This document shows positions 8,764-17,977 of a stretch of 31,015 bases of DNA, one piece after another. The stretch is from Kofleriaceae bacterium (GTDB lineage Bacteria; Myxococcota_A; Polyangia; Haliangiales; Haliangiaceae), in contig JANTGM010000010.1 in assembly GCA_024762925.1 (NCBI GenBank), forward strand, positions 64,001-95,015, in the 5' to 3' direction. Position numbers and translations under genes: made by a program. The notes beneath the pieces are model-generated. The model searched no databases. It was not told the origin of the DNA and worked only from the letters and a program-made list of their open reading frames with translations. Every line of letters starts with the position of its first letter. Position 1 is the stretch's first letter.

Positions 8764-9074
8764 GTGAAAACAATTTCCCAATAGATGGCGCTTCGGAGTA
8801 TCCGAGTCAAGAAGGTGCCCTAATCGAAGAACTTCTACACGACGTGCCGCTTGAAGTCAGCGTCGAACTCGGCAGAGTTTCTCTGAATCTCCGTGAAATT
8901 GCGGCGCGCTTGGGACCTGGCTCCATCATCCCTCTCAACAAGATGACCGGAGACAAACTTGATGTCCGGGTCAACAACAGGCTCGTTGCTCGGGCCGAAG
9001 CGGTCGCCGTGGGCGAGCGTTGTGGTGTTCGAATTATTGAAATTGTTGAAAGTGGAGAGGCCGATCAATCATGA
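8760..9074 (+). CDS. fliN: Flagellar motor switch protein FliN
   Basis: 104 aa. SpoA domain 'LEVSVELGRVSLNLREIAARLGPGSIIPLNKMTGDKLDVRVNNRLVARAEAVAV'. ATGA overlap with fliM. Confidence 0.92.
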   Translation: MSENNFPIDGASEYPSQEGALIEELLHDVPLEVSVELGRVSLNLREIAARLGPGSIIPLNKMTGDKLDVRVNNRLVARAEAVAVGERCGVRIIEIVESGEADQS

Positions 9075-10369
9075 AGAACGTAGGGATACTTCGGGCCGCG
9101 ATCGCCGTGAGCGCGCTGCTCGTGAGCTTCTTTGTAGCATCAAGCGAAGTAAGTGCCGAAATCCGCTCTTCGTCGGTTCACGTTGAGCAGGAAGAGGATG
9201 GCGTTGTTATCCGTATCGATAACATGCAGGTTGATCACAACACGCTTCAGACGCGTGGTGATCGAATCTACATCGAGCTCCCAACGGCGGCAGCTGCACA
9301 GCAAATTCGATTGCAGGGCGACAAGACAGTGAAGATGGTCGAAATTCGAGACGGCCGACGTCCTCGGATTAGTGTGAAAATGCGCCACGGCCGCGAGAAG
9401 ACGCGTGTCCTTGGCGGAGCTGCCACGATCGAAAATCTCGACGGTGGCATCATCATGCACATCCCGCGCTGGCCACTACCCAAAGAGGCGACTGCTCCGG
9501 CAGCCGCGATTGTGGCTCCCACGCCTCCAGTAGCGGAAGCTATCGAGCCGCCCGTCAAGTCTGCGACACCAGCACCTACCCCAACTCCAGAGGCCTCTCC
9601 TGTAGCGGAGACAAGCAAGCCCGCATCGAAGGCCCCAGCGCCTGCCGCAGCATCTATCGGAACTCCGAATTCTTCTGAAGGCGGGATGTCGTTTGGTCTG
9701 CTTCTTGGTGTTGTCTTGCTGATGGCTGGCGGCGGGATCATTATTTGGCGGTCACGTCAGACACCAAAGGATGTGGTTGACCTTGAGTCATTCCGTGTGA
9801 TCGCAACGAAGCAACTTGGAGGCAAATCGAAGGTCGTATGGTTGAGCGTTGGTACTCGCGAAATGGTTGTCTCTGTGGGTGAAACAGGAACCTCGCTTCT
9901 CAGTGAGTGGTCGCGCAACCAGCAGCCAGCTCTCGCAGGCAACGCAGCAGCTGGGCTCCTTGGTGCCCCAGTGGCTGAGCCAAAGGTTGCTCCAACGCTT
10001 GTCGATATGCAGGACAGCATCGCAGTTGGCACTCCGGCACCTCCTGCCTCGATGGGACCCGCTGATCCGAATGCTTCAACGGTGTACGATTTTCGCAGCA
10101 CTTTGAGCACGGCGGCGAAGGCCCAGGCAGATATCGCATCGCATCTAAAGCAACGCGCTGTTCCACCAAAGCGGCGGCCAAAGGCGGCAAAACGTCGTGC
10201 AACCGCAGATGGCGAGAACAGCCCATCAGTGGCGGGCCTACTCAAGCTCCGAGATCAAGCTCCTCAGGTGAGCGTCGAAGTTGCAACCGATGATGCCGAG
10301 GCTGACGCTGAGTGGGCTCGAGAGCTTTTCAAGGCCACTCGTGAGAACGTCCTTCGGAGAATGGATTGA
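9071..10369 (+). CDS. fliO: FliO-like export-gate protein with large N- and C-terminal extensions (432 aa)
   Basis: Located between fliN and fliP. An internal TM helix (MSFGLLLGVVLLMAGGGIIIW) is followed by a FliO-like core ('FRVIATKQLGGKSKVVWLSVGTREMVVSVGETGTSLL'). Preceded by a signal peptide (MKNVGILRAAIAVSALLVSFFVASSEVSA), a ~105-aa beta-rich periplasmic domain and a Pro/Ala/Thr-rich linker. Followed by a ~130-aa basic/acidic tail. Confidence 0.6.
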   Translation: MKNVGILRAAIAVSALLVSFFVASSEVSAEIRSSSVHVEQEEDGVVIRIDNMQVDHNTLQTRGDRIYIELPTAAAAQQIRLQGDKTVKMVEIRDGRRPRISVKMRHGREKTRVLGGAATIENLDGGIIMHIPRWPLPKEATAPAAAIVAPTPPVAEAIEPPVKSATPAPTPTPEASPVAETSKPASKAPAPAAASIGTPNSSEGGMSFGLLLGVVLLMAGGGIIIWRSRQTPKDVVDLESFRVIATKQLGGKSKVVWLSVGTREMVVSVGETGTSLLSEWSRNQQPALAGNAAAGLLGAPVAEPKVAPTLVDMQDSIAVGTPAPPASMGPADPNASTVYDFRSTLSTAAKAQADIASHLKQRAVPPKRRPKAAKRRATADGENSPSVAGLLKLRDQAPQVSVEVATDDAEADAEWARELFKATRENVLRRMD

Positions 10370-11133
10370 ACCCAAAGCTCCTCATATCGCTATTCGCTTT
10401 GGCGGCAGTTACACTGATTGCGAGTGTGGCTTCTGCTCAAGGCGTTGCACCCGAGCCAACCACGCTGGCTTCTCAGGGGCATCAGCTCATTGAGAAGGCT
10501 GGCGACGGCCCGTCTAGTGCAATCCAGCTGGTGGTGATGTTGACGGTGGCCTCACTGGCTCCAGCTATCATTCTCACATCAACGTGCTTTGCGCGGTTTG
10601 CCATTGTCTTTTCGTTTGTTCGCAATGGGCTCGCTACCCAAGGTGCCCCTCCGAGCCAAGTCTTGGTTGGAATGGCACTCTTCATGACCCTCTTTGTGAT
10701 GGCCCCAACTGGCAAGCTCATCTACGACGCTGGCCTTCAGCCATATCTCAATGGCGAAATTGGTGAAGCTGAGGCAATAGAGCGCGGAACTCCGCCACTA
10801 AGAGATTTTCTGCTAAAACGTACCTCTGAACGGGATCTAGAGCTGTTCTACGAGGTCTCATCTCAAGAGCGCCCAACCACCGCTGCCGATGTTCCTCTGC
10901 GCATTGCAGTCCCAGCATTCGTGCTCTCCGAACTGCAGACCGCTTTCAAAATGGGGCTTGTTATCTTGCTGCCCTTTCTCGTCATCGACCTCATTGTGGC
11001 CTCTGTGCTTTCGGCCTTGGGGATGGTGATGCTTCCGCCACCCATCGTATCGCTTCCGATCAAACTCTTGGTCTTCGTAGCTGTGGATGGCTGGCACCTC
11101 GTTGTTAAGTCGCTTCTCTTGGGAGTCGCCTAG
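10366..11133 (+). CDS. fliP: Flagellar export-gate protein FliP
   Basis: Signal peptide followed by 'QLVVMLTVASLAPAIILTSTCFARFAIVFSFVRNGLATQGAPPSQVLVGMALFMTLFVMAP', the highly conserved FliP core. TTG start overlapping the fliO stop (TTGA). Confidence 0.93.
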   Translation: MNPKLLISLFALAAVTLIASVASAQGVAPEPTTLASQGHQLIEKAGDGPSSAIQLVVMLTVASLAPAIILTSTCFARFAIVFSFVRNGLATQGAPPSQVLVGMALFMTLFVMAPTGKLIYDAGLQPYLNGEIGEAEAIERGTPPLRDFLLKRTSERDLELFYEVSSQERPTTAADVPLRIAVPAFVLSELQTAFKMGLVILLPFLVIDLIVASVLSALGMVMLPPPIVSLPIKLLVFVAVDGWHLVVKSLLLGVA

Positions 11134-11135
11134 CC

Positions 11136-11417
11136 ATGCAAACGACCGAGCTACTCGACTTGTGGAGAGATGCCATCTACTGCATGGCAATGGTCTCAGG
11201 GCCATTCTTGGTTGTGGCGCTCATTGTTGGATTGATCATGTCTCTTCTTCAAGCAGCCACTCAGATGCAGGAGAACATCCTGTCCTTGGTCCCCAAGCTT
11301 CTATCAGTTGGCCTGGTCATGATGATTGCTGGCAGTTGGCTGCTGGAAACACTAACAGGGTTCGCCTCAAAGGCCATTGGAAGCCTGGTGGTGATTGGTA
11401 GCGGGGGCGGCCTTTGA
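11136..11417 (+). CDS. fliQ: Flagellar export-gate protein FliQ
   Basis: 93-aa protein with two TM helices. 'GPFLVVALIVGLIMSLLQAATQMQENILSLVPKL' is the FliQ signature. Confidence 0.92.
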   Translation: MQTTELLDLWRDAIYCMAMVSGPFLVVALIVGLIMSLLQAATQMQENILSLVPKLLSVGLVMMIAGSWLLETLTGFASKAIGSLVVIGSGGGL

Positions 11418-12142
11418 ACGAAATGGTCATTGCGACCTTTCTCGCGGCCTTCGGTAGGGCCGCGGCATTCCTCTTTTCGGCCCCTATCATCGGTGGACCG
11501 ATGGTTCCAGCAAAGGTGCGTGTGGGTGGATCCGCATCGTTGGCACTTGCTGTGGCGACTGTGCGCCCACCCGTATCTCCCATGGATTTGCCCCTCGTGC
11601 TGCCCGGTGAAATTCTGATGGGGCTTGCAGCGGGGTTTGCAATTCGGCTCGTGTTCGCAGGCGCGGAATCTGGCGGCCAACTCATTGGTCTTCACCTAGG
11701 TCTAGGCATGGCCTCCTTCTTCGACCCAGCAGCAGGTGAGCAAGCCATCGTTACACGGCGCTTTGCTCTCATCTTTGCTGGCTTGGCCTTCCTCATGATG
11801 GGCGGCTTGCGAGAGGCTGTACGAGTCTTGGCGATGGCGCCGGCGGATGTGAGCACCCTGAGCGGCGCCGTCGTGCAGCTCATGGATCAGACGAACCAAG
11901 TGCTTGTATCGGCGCTTCGATTCGCGGCGCCTGCCATGGTTGCAGGCATGGTGACCAACGTTGGGATGGCATTTGCCTCGAAGGCTGCACCGTCGCTGAA
12001 CATCTTTTCCGTGATGCTCTCCGCACTTCTTATCGCTGGCGGCTTCACCCTAATCGTCACCGCGCCAGCCTTCATCGCGGAAATGAGTGGGACAGCCCAG
12101 CGAGCGATTGACGCCCTCTACATTGTAGGAGGCGCACGATGA
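11414..12142 (+). CDS. fliR: Flagellar export-gate protein FliR
   Basis: 242-aa polytopic membrane protein between fliQ and flhB. TTGA overlap, with an alternative ATG at 11423. Confidence 0.85.
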   Translation: MNEMVIATFLAAFGRAAAFLFSAPIIGGPMVPAKVRVGGSASLALAVATVRPPVSPMDLPLVLPGEILMGLAAGFAIRLVFAGAESGGQLIGLHLGLGMASFFDPAAGEQAIVTRRFALIFAGLAFLMMGGLREAVRVLAMAPADVSTLSGAVVQLMDQTNQVLVSALRFAAPAMVAGMVTNVGMAFASKAAPSLNIFSVMLSALLIAGGFTLIVTAPAFIAEMSGTAQRAIDALYIVGGAR

Positions 12143-13200
12143 GCAATCAGGATAAGTCACAGAAGACCCAGAAACCGACGCCCAAGCGAATTAAGGACTT
12201 TCGAAAGAAGGGCAAGGTTGCCCTTTCAAAGGACCTAAGCTCCGTCTCGCTAATGCTGATGGGCGGTGCGATGGGGATGGCCTACTCGGATGGTGTCATG
12301 CTTTCGATTTCCAATCTCATGCGCTCAAGTCTGCGAGCGGGCCCTAGTGAGGACATTCAGCGCGTCTTCAGTGCAGGCATTGGCACCTTCATTACTGCGT
12401 GCTGGCCAGTGATGCTCGGATGTCTCGTTGGCGTTATTGCCGCAACAATGGTGCAACTTGGTTGGCCTCCTGCGTTTAAGAAGATCAAGTTTGAACCAGG
12501 CAAGCCGTTCAAGATGGGTGGCCTAAAGGAACTCATCTCGCTAAAGGCTGCAGGCGGGCGAGTACTAAAGGCGACGGCAAAAGCCGGTCTTGTGATGGTT
12601 GTCTTGGCCTTGGTCATCGTGGCGGAATACAAGACGTTCCTCGCGGCTCCAACACTCGAGGCGATAGCGCTAGGCGGCACCGTCTTTGGAGCCGTCGGTA
12701 AGCTCGGTTTCTACTCGGTGCTCGTACTTGGCGCACTCGCCCTCATCGACTTTGGTTTTCAGAAGAAGAAGATCATGGATGAGATGATGATGTCGGTCCA
12801 AGATCTTAAGGACGAGCACAAGAAGCAAGAAGGCGATCCGCAACTCAAGGGCAAACGAAAGAACAAGATGCGCGAACTCGCCCAACGGAGGGTGAGGTCG
12901 GAAGTGCAGCGCGCTGATGTCGTCATCGTCAACCCGACTCACTACTCGGTGGCGCTGCGTTACGACGATAGCGCTGGTGGTGCACCTCGTGTGGTTGCCA
13001 AGGGCAAAGATGAACTCGCTGCCAAGATACGCGAGTTCGCGCGGCAGGCCGGTGTGCCCATTCTAGAGCGACCTCCTCTCACCCGTTTGGTGTACCGCCT
13101 GGTACCGGAGGGCAAAGAGATTCCCGCAGAACTCTACCAGGCCGTTGCTGAGATTCTCGCTTACGTATACCGGCTTAAACAGCCTAGGAGAGCCGTATAA
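12139..13200 (+). CDS. flhB: Flagellar export switch protein FlhB
   Basis: N-terminal 'KTQKPTPKRIKDFRKKGKV', four TM helices, and the NPTH autocleavage motif ('VVIVNPTHYSVALRY'). 353 aa. Confidence 0.95.
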   Translation: MSNQDKSQKTQKPTPKRIKDFRKKGKVALSKDLSSVSLMLMGGAMGMAYSDGVMLSISNLMRSSLRAGPSEDIQRVFSAGIGTFITACWPVMLGCLVGVIAATMVQLGWPPAFKKIKFEPGKPFKMGGLKELISLKAAGGRVLKATAKAGLVMVVLALVIVAEYKTFLAAPTLEAIALGGTVFGAVGKLGFYSVLVLGALALIDFGFQKKKIMDEMMMSVQDLKDEHKKQEGDPQLKGKRKNKMRELAQRRVRSEVQRADVVIVNPTHYSVALRYDDSAGGAPRVVAKGKDELAAKIREFARQAGVPILERPPLTRLVYRLVPEGKEIPAELYQAVAEILAYVYRLKQPRRAV

Positions 13201-15272
13201 TGGCCATTGCTGCACGATCGATGGGAAGTCTCTTGCGGTCAGATGCCATCATGGCCGCTGTCGTCATTGGCATGCTGGCACTCACCGTTGTGCCCTTGCC
13301 GGCGCCTTTGCTCGACGGCTTTCTCGGCCTCAGCTTGTGCATGGCCGTGCTCTCATTTCTCGTCGCGTTCTACGTCGAGCGCCCGCTCGACTTCTCTGCG
13401 TTTCCGACACTTCTTCTCTTTGTCACACTATTCCGGCTATCGCTTAACGTTGCTTCCACTCGCCTCATTCTGCTCAAAGGTGGTGAAGGTTCGGATGCTG
13501 CGGGCGGCGTTATTCGCGCGTTTGGCGAATTCGCAGTTGGTGGCAACTTCGTCGTCGGAACTGTGGTCTTCCTCATTCTCGTCATCGTCAACTTCATCGT
13601 TATTACGAAAGGTGCTGAGCGCATCTCGGAAGTTGCGGCACGATTCACTTTGGATTCAATGCCGGGCAAGCAGATGGCGATCGATGCCGACTTGGGAGCT
13701 GGCTTAATCACCGAAGCAGAAGCACGTCGTCGCCGCAAAGACATCGAGGCCGAATCAAACTTCCACGGATCGATGGATGGTGCGTCGAAGTTCGTGCGCG
13801 GTGATGCGATTGCTGGCCTGATGATCACAGGCATCAACATTGTCGGTGGCATGGTCATTGGCGTTGCGCAAAACGGCATGGGAGCTGGTGACGCTGCCAC
13901 GACCTACACGATCCTGAGCATCGGTGACGGTTTGGTCTCGCAGGTGCCCGCTCTCCTCATTTCGACGGGCGCCGCACTCCTTGTGACCCGCAAGGCCGAT
14001 GGTGGCGTCGGTGAGTCGCTAACGCTCCAGATGCTGTCTAGGCGCCGTCCTCTGGCCATTTCTGCCGGAGTGTTGGCTGTTGTCGGTCTCTTGCCGGGCA
14101 TGCCGCATCTCTCTTTCATGGCGTTGGCTGCAGGCGCAGGATTCCTCGCCAAGCGCGCCAGCAAAATTGACTCACATGTCTCGGCTGGTGGGGTAGGCGA
14201 GACAGAGGACGCTGCGCCTCGAAGCGAAACAGAGACCCAACGAGATGAAATCGAATCTCTACTTCCCGTCGACCTCTTGGCGATCGATGTCGGTCTTGAT
14301 CTCCTCGGGATGGTGGATGCGGATCGCGGTGGTGAACTTCTTAGTCGGATTGCGTCGCTGCGAAAGCAATTGGCCACGGAGCTTGGCCTGATTGTTCCAC
14401 CCGTGCATGTTCGGGACGATTTGCGACTGCGCCCAGGGGCCTATCGCGTTGTGATTTCCGGCGTGGAAGTTGCGAGCGGTGAGGTAAAGGCTGCCCGCCT
14501 GATGGCGATCGACCCAAGTGGCCGAGGCACAGCAGCGTTGCCAGGGGAGATGGTCAAGGAACCGACATTTGGGCTGCCAGCAAAGTGGATCGCACAGGCG
14601 GATCGTTCGAGGGCAGAAGCAAGTGGTTGCACGGTCGTGGATTCCTCGGCAGTGATCGCAACGCACCTAACTGAGATCATCCGAAGGCACGCAGGCGAAA
14701 TGCTTGGCCGCGTTGAAGCGCAAGAGCTAATCGATGTTACGGCTCGGGAAAATTCCAAGGTCGTCGAAGAGCTCATCCCACATCTGCTCAGTCTCGGCGA
14801 GGTGATCAAGGTCCTCCGAAATCTGCTCAGCGAGGGCATTTCATTGCGAGATATGCGAACGATTCTAGAGACTCTCGCCGATGAAGCAGGAGTTGTTAAG
14901 GATCCTGGAGAATTGACCGAGCTTGTAAGGCAGAGACTCGGTAGGCGCATTACGCGCGCTCACATGACCGAGCATGGGGAACTTCGAGCGATGGTGTTAG
15001 GTCCAGATTCAGAAGCGATTTTCAAAGGAACCGGAGCGAATTCCCCACGTGCTCTCTCCGATCTTACAAACCAGATTGAACAAAACACCAGGCAAGCAAT
15101 AGAGCGAGATGAACCCCCCGTTCTCGTCGTCGCTCCCGAGATTCGCCGAACGGTAGCTGCGGTTGCGCATCGGCATATTCCAGGGCTCATTGTCCTTAGC
15201 TATCGAGAAGTGGACTCATCGGTCCCATTTGTAACCAGCAGCGTAATCCACGCTCAGGAGATGGCAGCATGA
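13200..15272 (+). CDS. flhA: Flagellar export apparatus protein FlhA
   Basis: 690 aa. N-terminal TM region followed by the conserved FHIPEP loop 'RFTLDSMPGKQMAIDADL'. Large cytoplasmic C-domain. TAATG overlap with flhB. Confidence 0.95.
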   Translation: MAIAARSMGSLLRSDAIMAAVVIGMLALTVVPLPAPLLDGFLGLSLCMAVLSFLVAFYVERPLDFSAFPTLLLFVTLFRLSLNVASTRLILLKGGEGSDAAGGVIRAFGEFAVGGNFVVGTVVFLILVIVNFIVITKGAERISEVAARFTLDSMPGKQMAIDADLGAGLITEAEARRRRKDIEAESNFHGSMDGASKFVRGDAIAGLMITGINIVGGMVIGVAQNGMGAGDAATTYTILSIGDGLVSQVPALLISTGAALLVTRKADGGVGESLTLQMLSRRRPLAISAGVLAVVGLLPGMPHLSFMALAAGAGFLAKRASKIDSHVSAGGVGETEDAAPRSETETQRDEIESLLPVDLLAIDVGLDLLGMVDADRGGELLSRIASLRKQLATELGLIVPPVHVRDDLRLRPGAYRVVISGVEVASGEVKAARLMAIDPSGRGTAALPGEMVKEPTFGLPAKWIAQADRSRAEASGCTVVDSSAVIATHLTEIIRRHAGEMLGRVEAQELIDVTARENSKVVEELIPHLLSLGEVIKVLRNLLSEGISLRDMRTILETLADEAGVVKDPGELTELVRQRLGRRITRAHMTEHGELRAMVLGPDSEAIFKGTGANSPRALSDLTNQIEQNTRQAIERDEPPVLVVAPEIRRTVAAVAHRHIPGLIVLSYREVDSSVPFVTSSVIHAQEMAA

Positions 15273-16315
15273 AAATACTGAAGTACCAGGCAGGCAGCGT
15301 TCGCGAAGCTCTCGCGCAAATCAAAGACGAGTTGGGGGAAGGAGCGATGGTGGTCTCGACACGAGATGTTCGCCGAGGGCTCTTGGGGAAGGGCGTGGAA
15401 GTTTCTGTCGCGCTCGATAGTGACGACGTCGCCACACCACCGCCGATGAGCCATCGCGCCAGTCCTGCCATGGGTGCGGGATACAGCCTGGGGGACGCGG
15501 ACGTCGAACGCATCATGGCTCCCCTACGATCTGAGCTCAGGAGTCTACGTAGTCTTCTTAGGGCCACTTCAGATAGCAGACAGGGCGATGAGATTCGTCG
15601 AGAAGTGAATGCGATGCGGCACGTCTTGGAGGGGATTCGCACTCCGCCCGAGCAAACCGTCAACCTTCTTTCCCTTGTGCGTGATGCGCCTGTTGCAGCA
15701 GCCTCAGAAGGACGAGTCATCGTGCTCGTCGGTCCAACCGGAGTCGGAAAGTCGACCACCATTGCCAAACTCGCAGCCAAGGCCGTATACGGCGATCACC
15801 AGTCCGCTGCAATCGTAACTCTCGATACCTATCGGGTTGGCGGCGAAGAGCAGATGCGAACCTATGCCAATCTCATCGGTGCTCCGCTCTTCGTGGTTGC
15901 AGATCCTCGTGACTTGCCGGCTCAGATTGATGAGCTCGGTGAATACGACAAGGTTTACGTTGATACAGCTGGCCGCAGCCCGAGGGACATTCCTGCAATT
16001 CGAACTCTGCGAGGCGCTCTTCAGGGTATTTCTGATATGGAAGTGCACCTTACCCTCTCTCTCAATACGCCGAACAACGTCATGGACGCCAACTATCGGA
16101 GATATTCTGAGGTTGGTGTTAATCGGCTACTGTTCACAAAGCTCGACGAAAGCTTGGAATTCGATGAGCTGATTCGTACTCCGGCTCGTCTGGAGGTTCC
16201 GGTTTCTTTTCTCACTACTGGGCAAGCGGTTCCCGAGGATCTTGTGTGCGCTACCACAGAAGGCCTGATGAACATCGCCCAAGGCGGAGTCGAGCTTCGC
16301 GCGGAGGCTGCATGA
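15269..16315 (+). CDS. flhF: Flagellar-associated SRP-type GTPase FlhF
   Basis: P-loop 'LVGPTGVGKSTTIAKLAA', 'DTAGRS' G3 motif, NG-domain architecture. ATGA overlap with flhA. Confidence 0.9.
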   Translation: MKILKYQAGSVREALAQIKDELGEGAMVVSTRDVRRGLLGKGVEVSVALDSDDVATPPPMSHRASPAMGAGYSLGDADVERIMAPLRSELRSLRSLLRATSDSRQGDEIRREVNAMRHVLEGIRTPPEQTVNLLSLVRDAPVAAASEGRVIVLVGPTGVGKSTTIAKLAAKAVYGDHQSAAIVTLDTYRVGGEEQMRTYANLIGAPLFVVADPRDLPAQIDELGEYDKVYVDTAGRSPRDIPAIRTLRGALQGISDMEVHLTLSLNTPNNVMDANYRRYSEVGVNRLLFTKLDESLEFDELIRTPARLEVPVSFLTTGQAVPEDLVCATTEGLMNIAQGGVELRAEAA

Positions 16316-17181
16316 AAATCGAGTCCTCACCTGTCGGTGGCGATGCCTCCCCAAAGGGCGGTGAAGTCATTGCCTTGCATCCGCGACGCGATCGAGTTAT
16401 CGCGATCACTGGCGGCAAGGGTGGCGTCGGAAAAAGTACGATCGCCGTGAATCTCGCTGTTGCCTATGCTTCGCGCGGTTCTGAGACTCTTGCTGTTGAC
16501 GCTGACTTCGGCATGGCAGACTTGAACCTGCTGCTCGGCGTCGCGCCAAAGAAAAACTTGCTCGACATCATCAACGGAGCGAGTGTGGACGAGGCGCTGG
16601 TGGAGTGTCACGGTATTAGTCTGCTGCCCGCGCTCAACGGAAGCTTTGCTCTCGAGTCAATGTCCGAGGGTCGTCGTCGCGTGGCCTTCAATGCAATCGA
16701 GAGCCTCAGCTCTCGGTTTGAAACTCTCATCATCGATGTTGCGGCAGGACTTGGCGCAAATCAGACGGAGTTTGCTGGTGCTGCCTCAGACGTTTTGATT
16801 GTGGCAACACCCGAAGCGCTCTCGCTCGCTGATGCCTACGCTTGCCTCAAGGTGCTTGCACTTCGACAGGGCATCAAGACAGCGTACATTGTTCCCAATC
16901 GGGTGCGATCCGATGCGGAAGGCGAAGAGGTTTTTGCCAGACTGCAATCTTTGGTCTCGCGATTCCTCGATCTAAAACTGGTTGCCTTACCGGCCATTCC
17001 ATACGACCCGCGAGTTTGCGAGTCTGGAGCAACCGGAGTTCCAATCGTACGTGCCTACCCGGATAGTCCTGCGTCACGAGCAATTCGCGCGCTTGCACGC
17101 CGTCTGGACGCAGTTGCAGTCCCAGACACACGCACCAATGCGACCCGAAGTTTTTGGAAGGGGATTCTTGCTGAATCGTAG
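16312..17181 (+). CDS. flhG: MinD-like ATPase FlhG/FleN (flagellar number regulator)
   Basis: Deviant Walker A 'ITGGKGGVGKST'. C-terminal amphipathic 'TRSFWKGILAES' membrane-targeting tail. ATGA overlap with the flhF stop. The track ORF starting at 16246 overlaps flhF and is not credible. Confidence 0.88.
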   Translation: MKIESSPVGGDASPKGGEVIALHPRRDRVIAITGGKGGVGKSTIAVNLAVAYASRGSETLAVDADFGMADLNLLLGVAPKKNLLDIINGASVDEALVECHGISLLPALNGSFALESMSEGRRRVAFNAIESLSSRFETLIIDVAAGLGANQTEFAGAASDVLIVATPEALSLADAYACLKVLALRQGIKTAYIVPNRVRSDAEGEEVFARLQSLVSRFLDLKLVALPAIPYDPRVCESGATGVPIVRAYPDSPASRAIRALARRLDAVAVPDTRTNATRSFWKGILAES

Positions 17182-17251
17182 AACCGCCCCGAGCGGTTGT
17201 ACGCAGCGGGCACAAAAAGAGAACCATGACATGGGGAGAAAGAGACTGGAC

Positions 17252-17977
17252 ATGAAAGCCTATGCACAACACAGACAGAACGATCGGCAGCGAGACAACC
17301 TGATTGTTGCGCACGTCGACGTAGCGAAGCGCATTGCACTTCGAGTTGCGCGCCGTGTTCCTGACTGGATCTGCGTTGATGATCTTGTCGCTGCAGGCAT
17401 GATGGGGCTAGCAGAAGCAGCGGAGCGCTTCGACGAAAATCGCGGAGAGCCGTTCGTAGCGTTCGCCGAGAAGCGCATTCGCGGCGCAGTACTCGACGAG
17501 CTTCGACGGGGTGACATTATGCCAAGGCGTGTGCGCACCAAGGCTCGCCAGGTAGGTAAGGCCATACGACAGCTCGAGCAGACGCTGGGACGACCGCCCG
17601 AAGACGAAGAAATTGCTGCAGCTCTCGACGTTAGCGTTGAGGAGTATCGCGACAATCTCGCCGCGCTAAGCCACGTCGCGCTGATTGAGGTTACGCCCGA
17701 AATCGCTCGCTCTGAGGCGTACAACCGAAAGGACGAGCGTTCGCCTGAAATGTTGGCGGAGCGTTCAGAAATGCTTCGCTTGATCGAAGAGGCACTGCAC
17801 CGGCTTGAAGAACGCGACGCGTTGATTCTATCGCTCTACTACAATGAGCAGTTCACCTACTCGGAGATCGGTGGTCTTCTAGAAGTGAGCGAGAGCCGCG
17901 TGTGTCAACTGCACTCGAGGGCACTGGCTCGGCTGCGAGTCGAAGTACATGAACCTGCAGAGGCGCAGTACGCATGA
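17252..17977 (+). CDS. fliA: Flagellar sigma factor sigma-28 (FliA)
   Basis: Region 2 'DDLVAAGMMGLAEAAERFDENRGEPFVAFAEKRIRGAVLDELRR'. Region 4 HTH 'FTYSEIGGLLEVSESRVCQLHSRALARLR'. SD gggagaaagaga upstream of ATG 17252; alternative ATG at 17231. Confidence 0.9.
   Translation: MKAYAQHRQNDRQRDNLIVAHVDVAKRIALRVARRVPDWICVDDLVAAGMMGLAEAAERFDENRGEPFVAFAEKRIRGAVLDELRRGDIMPRRVRTKARQVGKAIRQLEQTLGRPPEDEEIAAALDVSVEEYRDNLAALSHVALIEVTPEIARSEAYNRKDERSPEMLAERSEMLRLIEEALHRLEERDALILSLYYNEQFTYSEIGGLLEVSESRVCQLHSRALARLRVEVHEPAEAQYA

Noticed and set aside
17200-17222. GGGCAC...possible sigma-54 -24 box upstream of fliA
   Set aside because: The -12 element (TTGC at the required spacing) is absent. Only half of the bipartite consensus is present.
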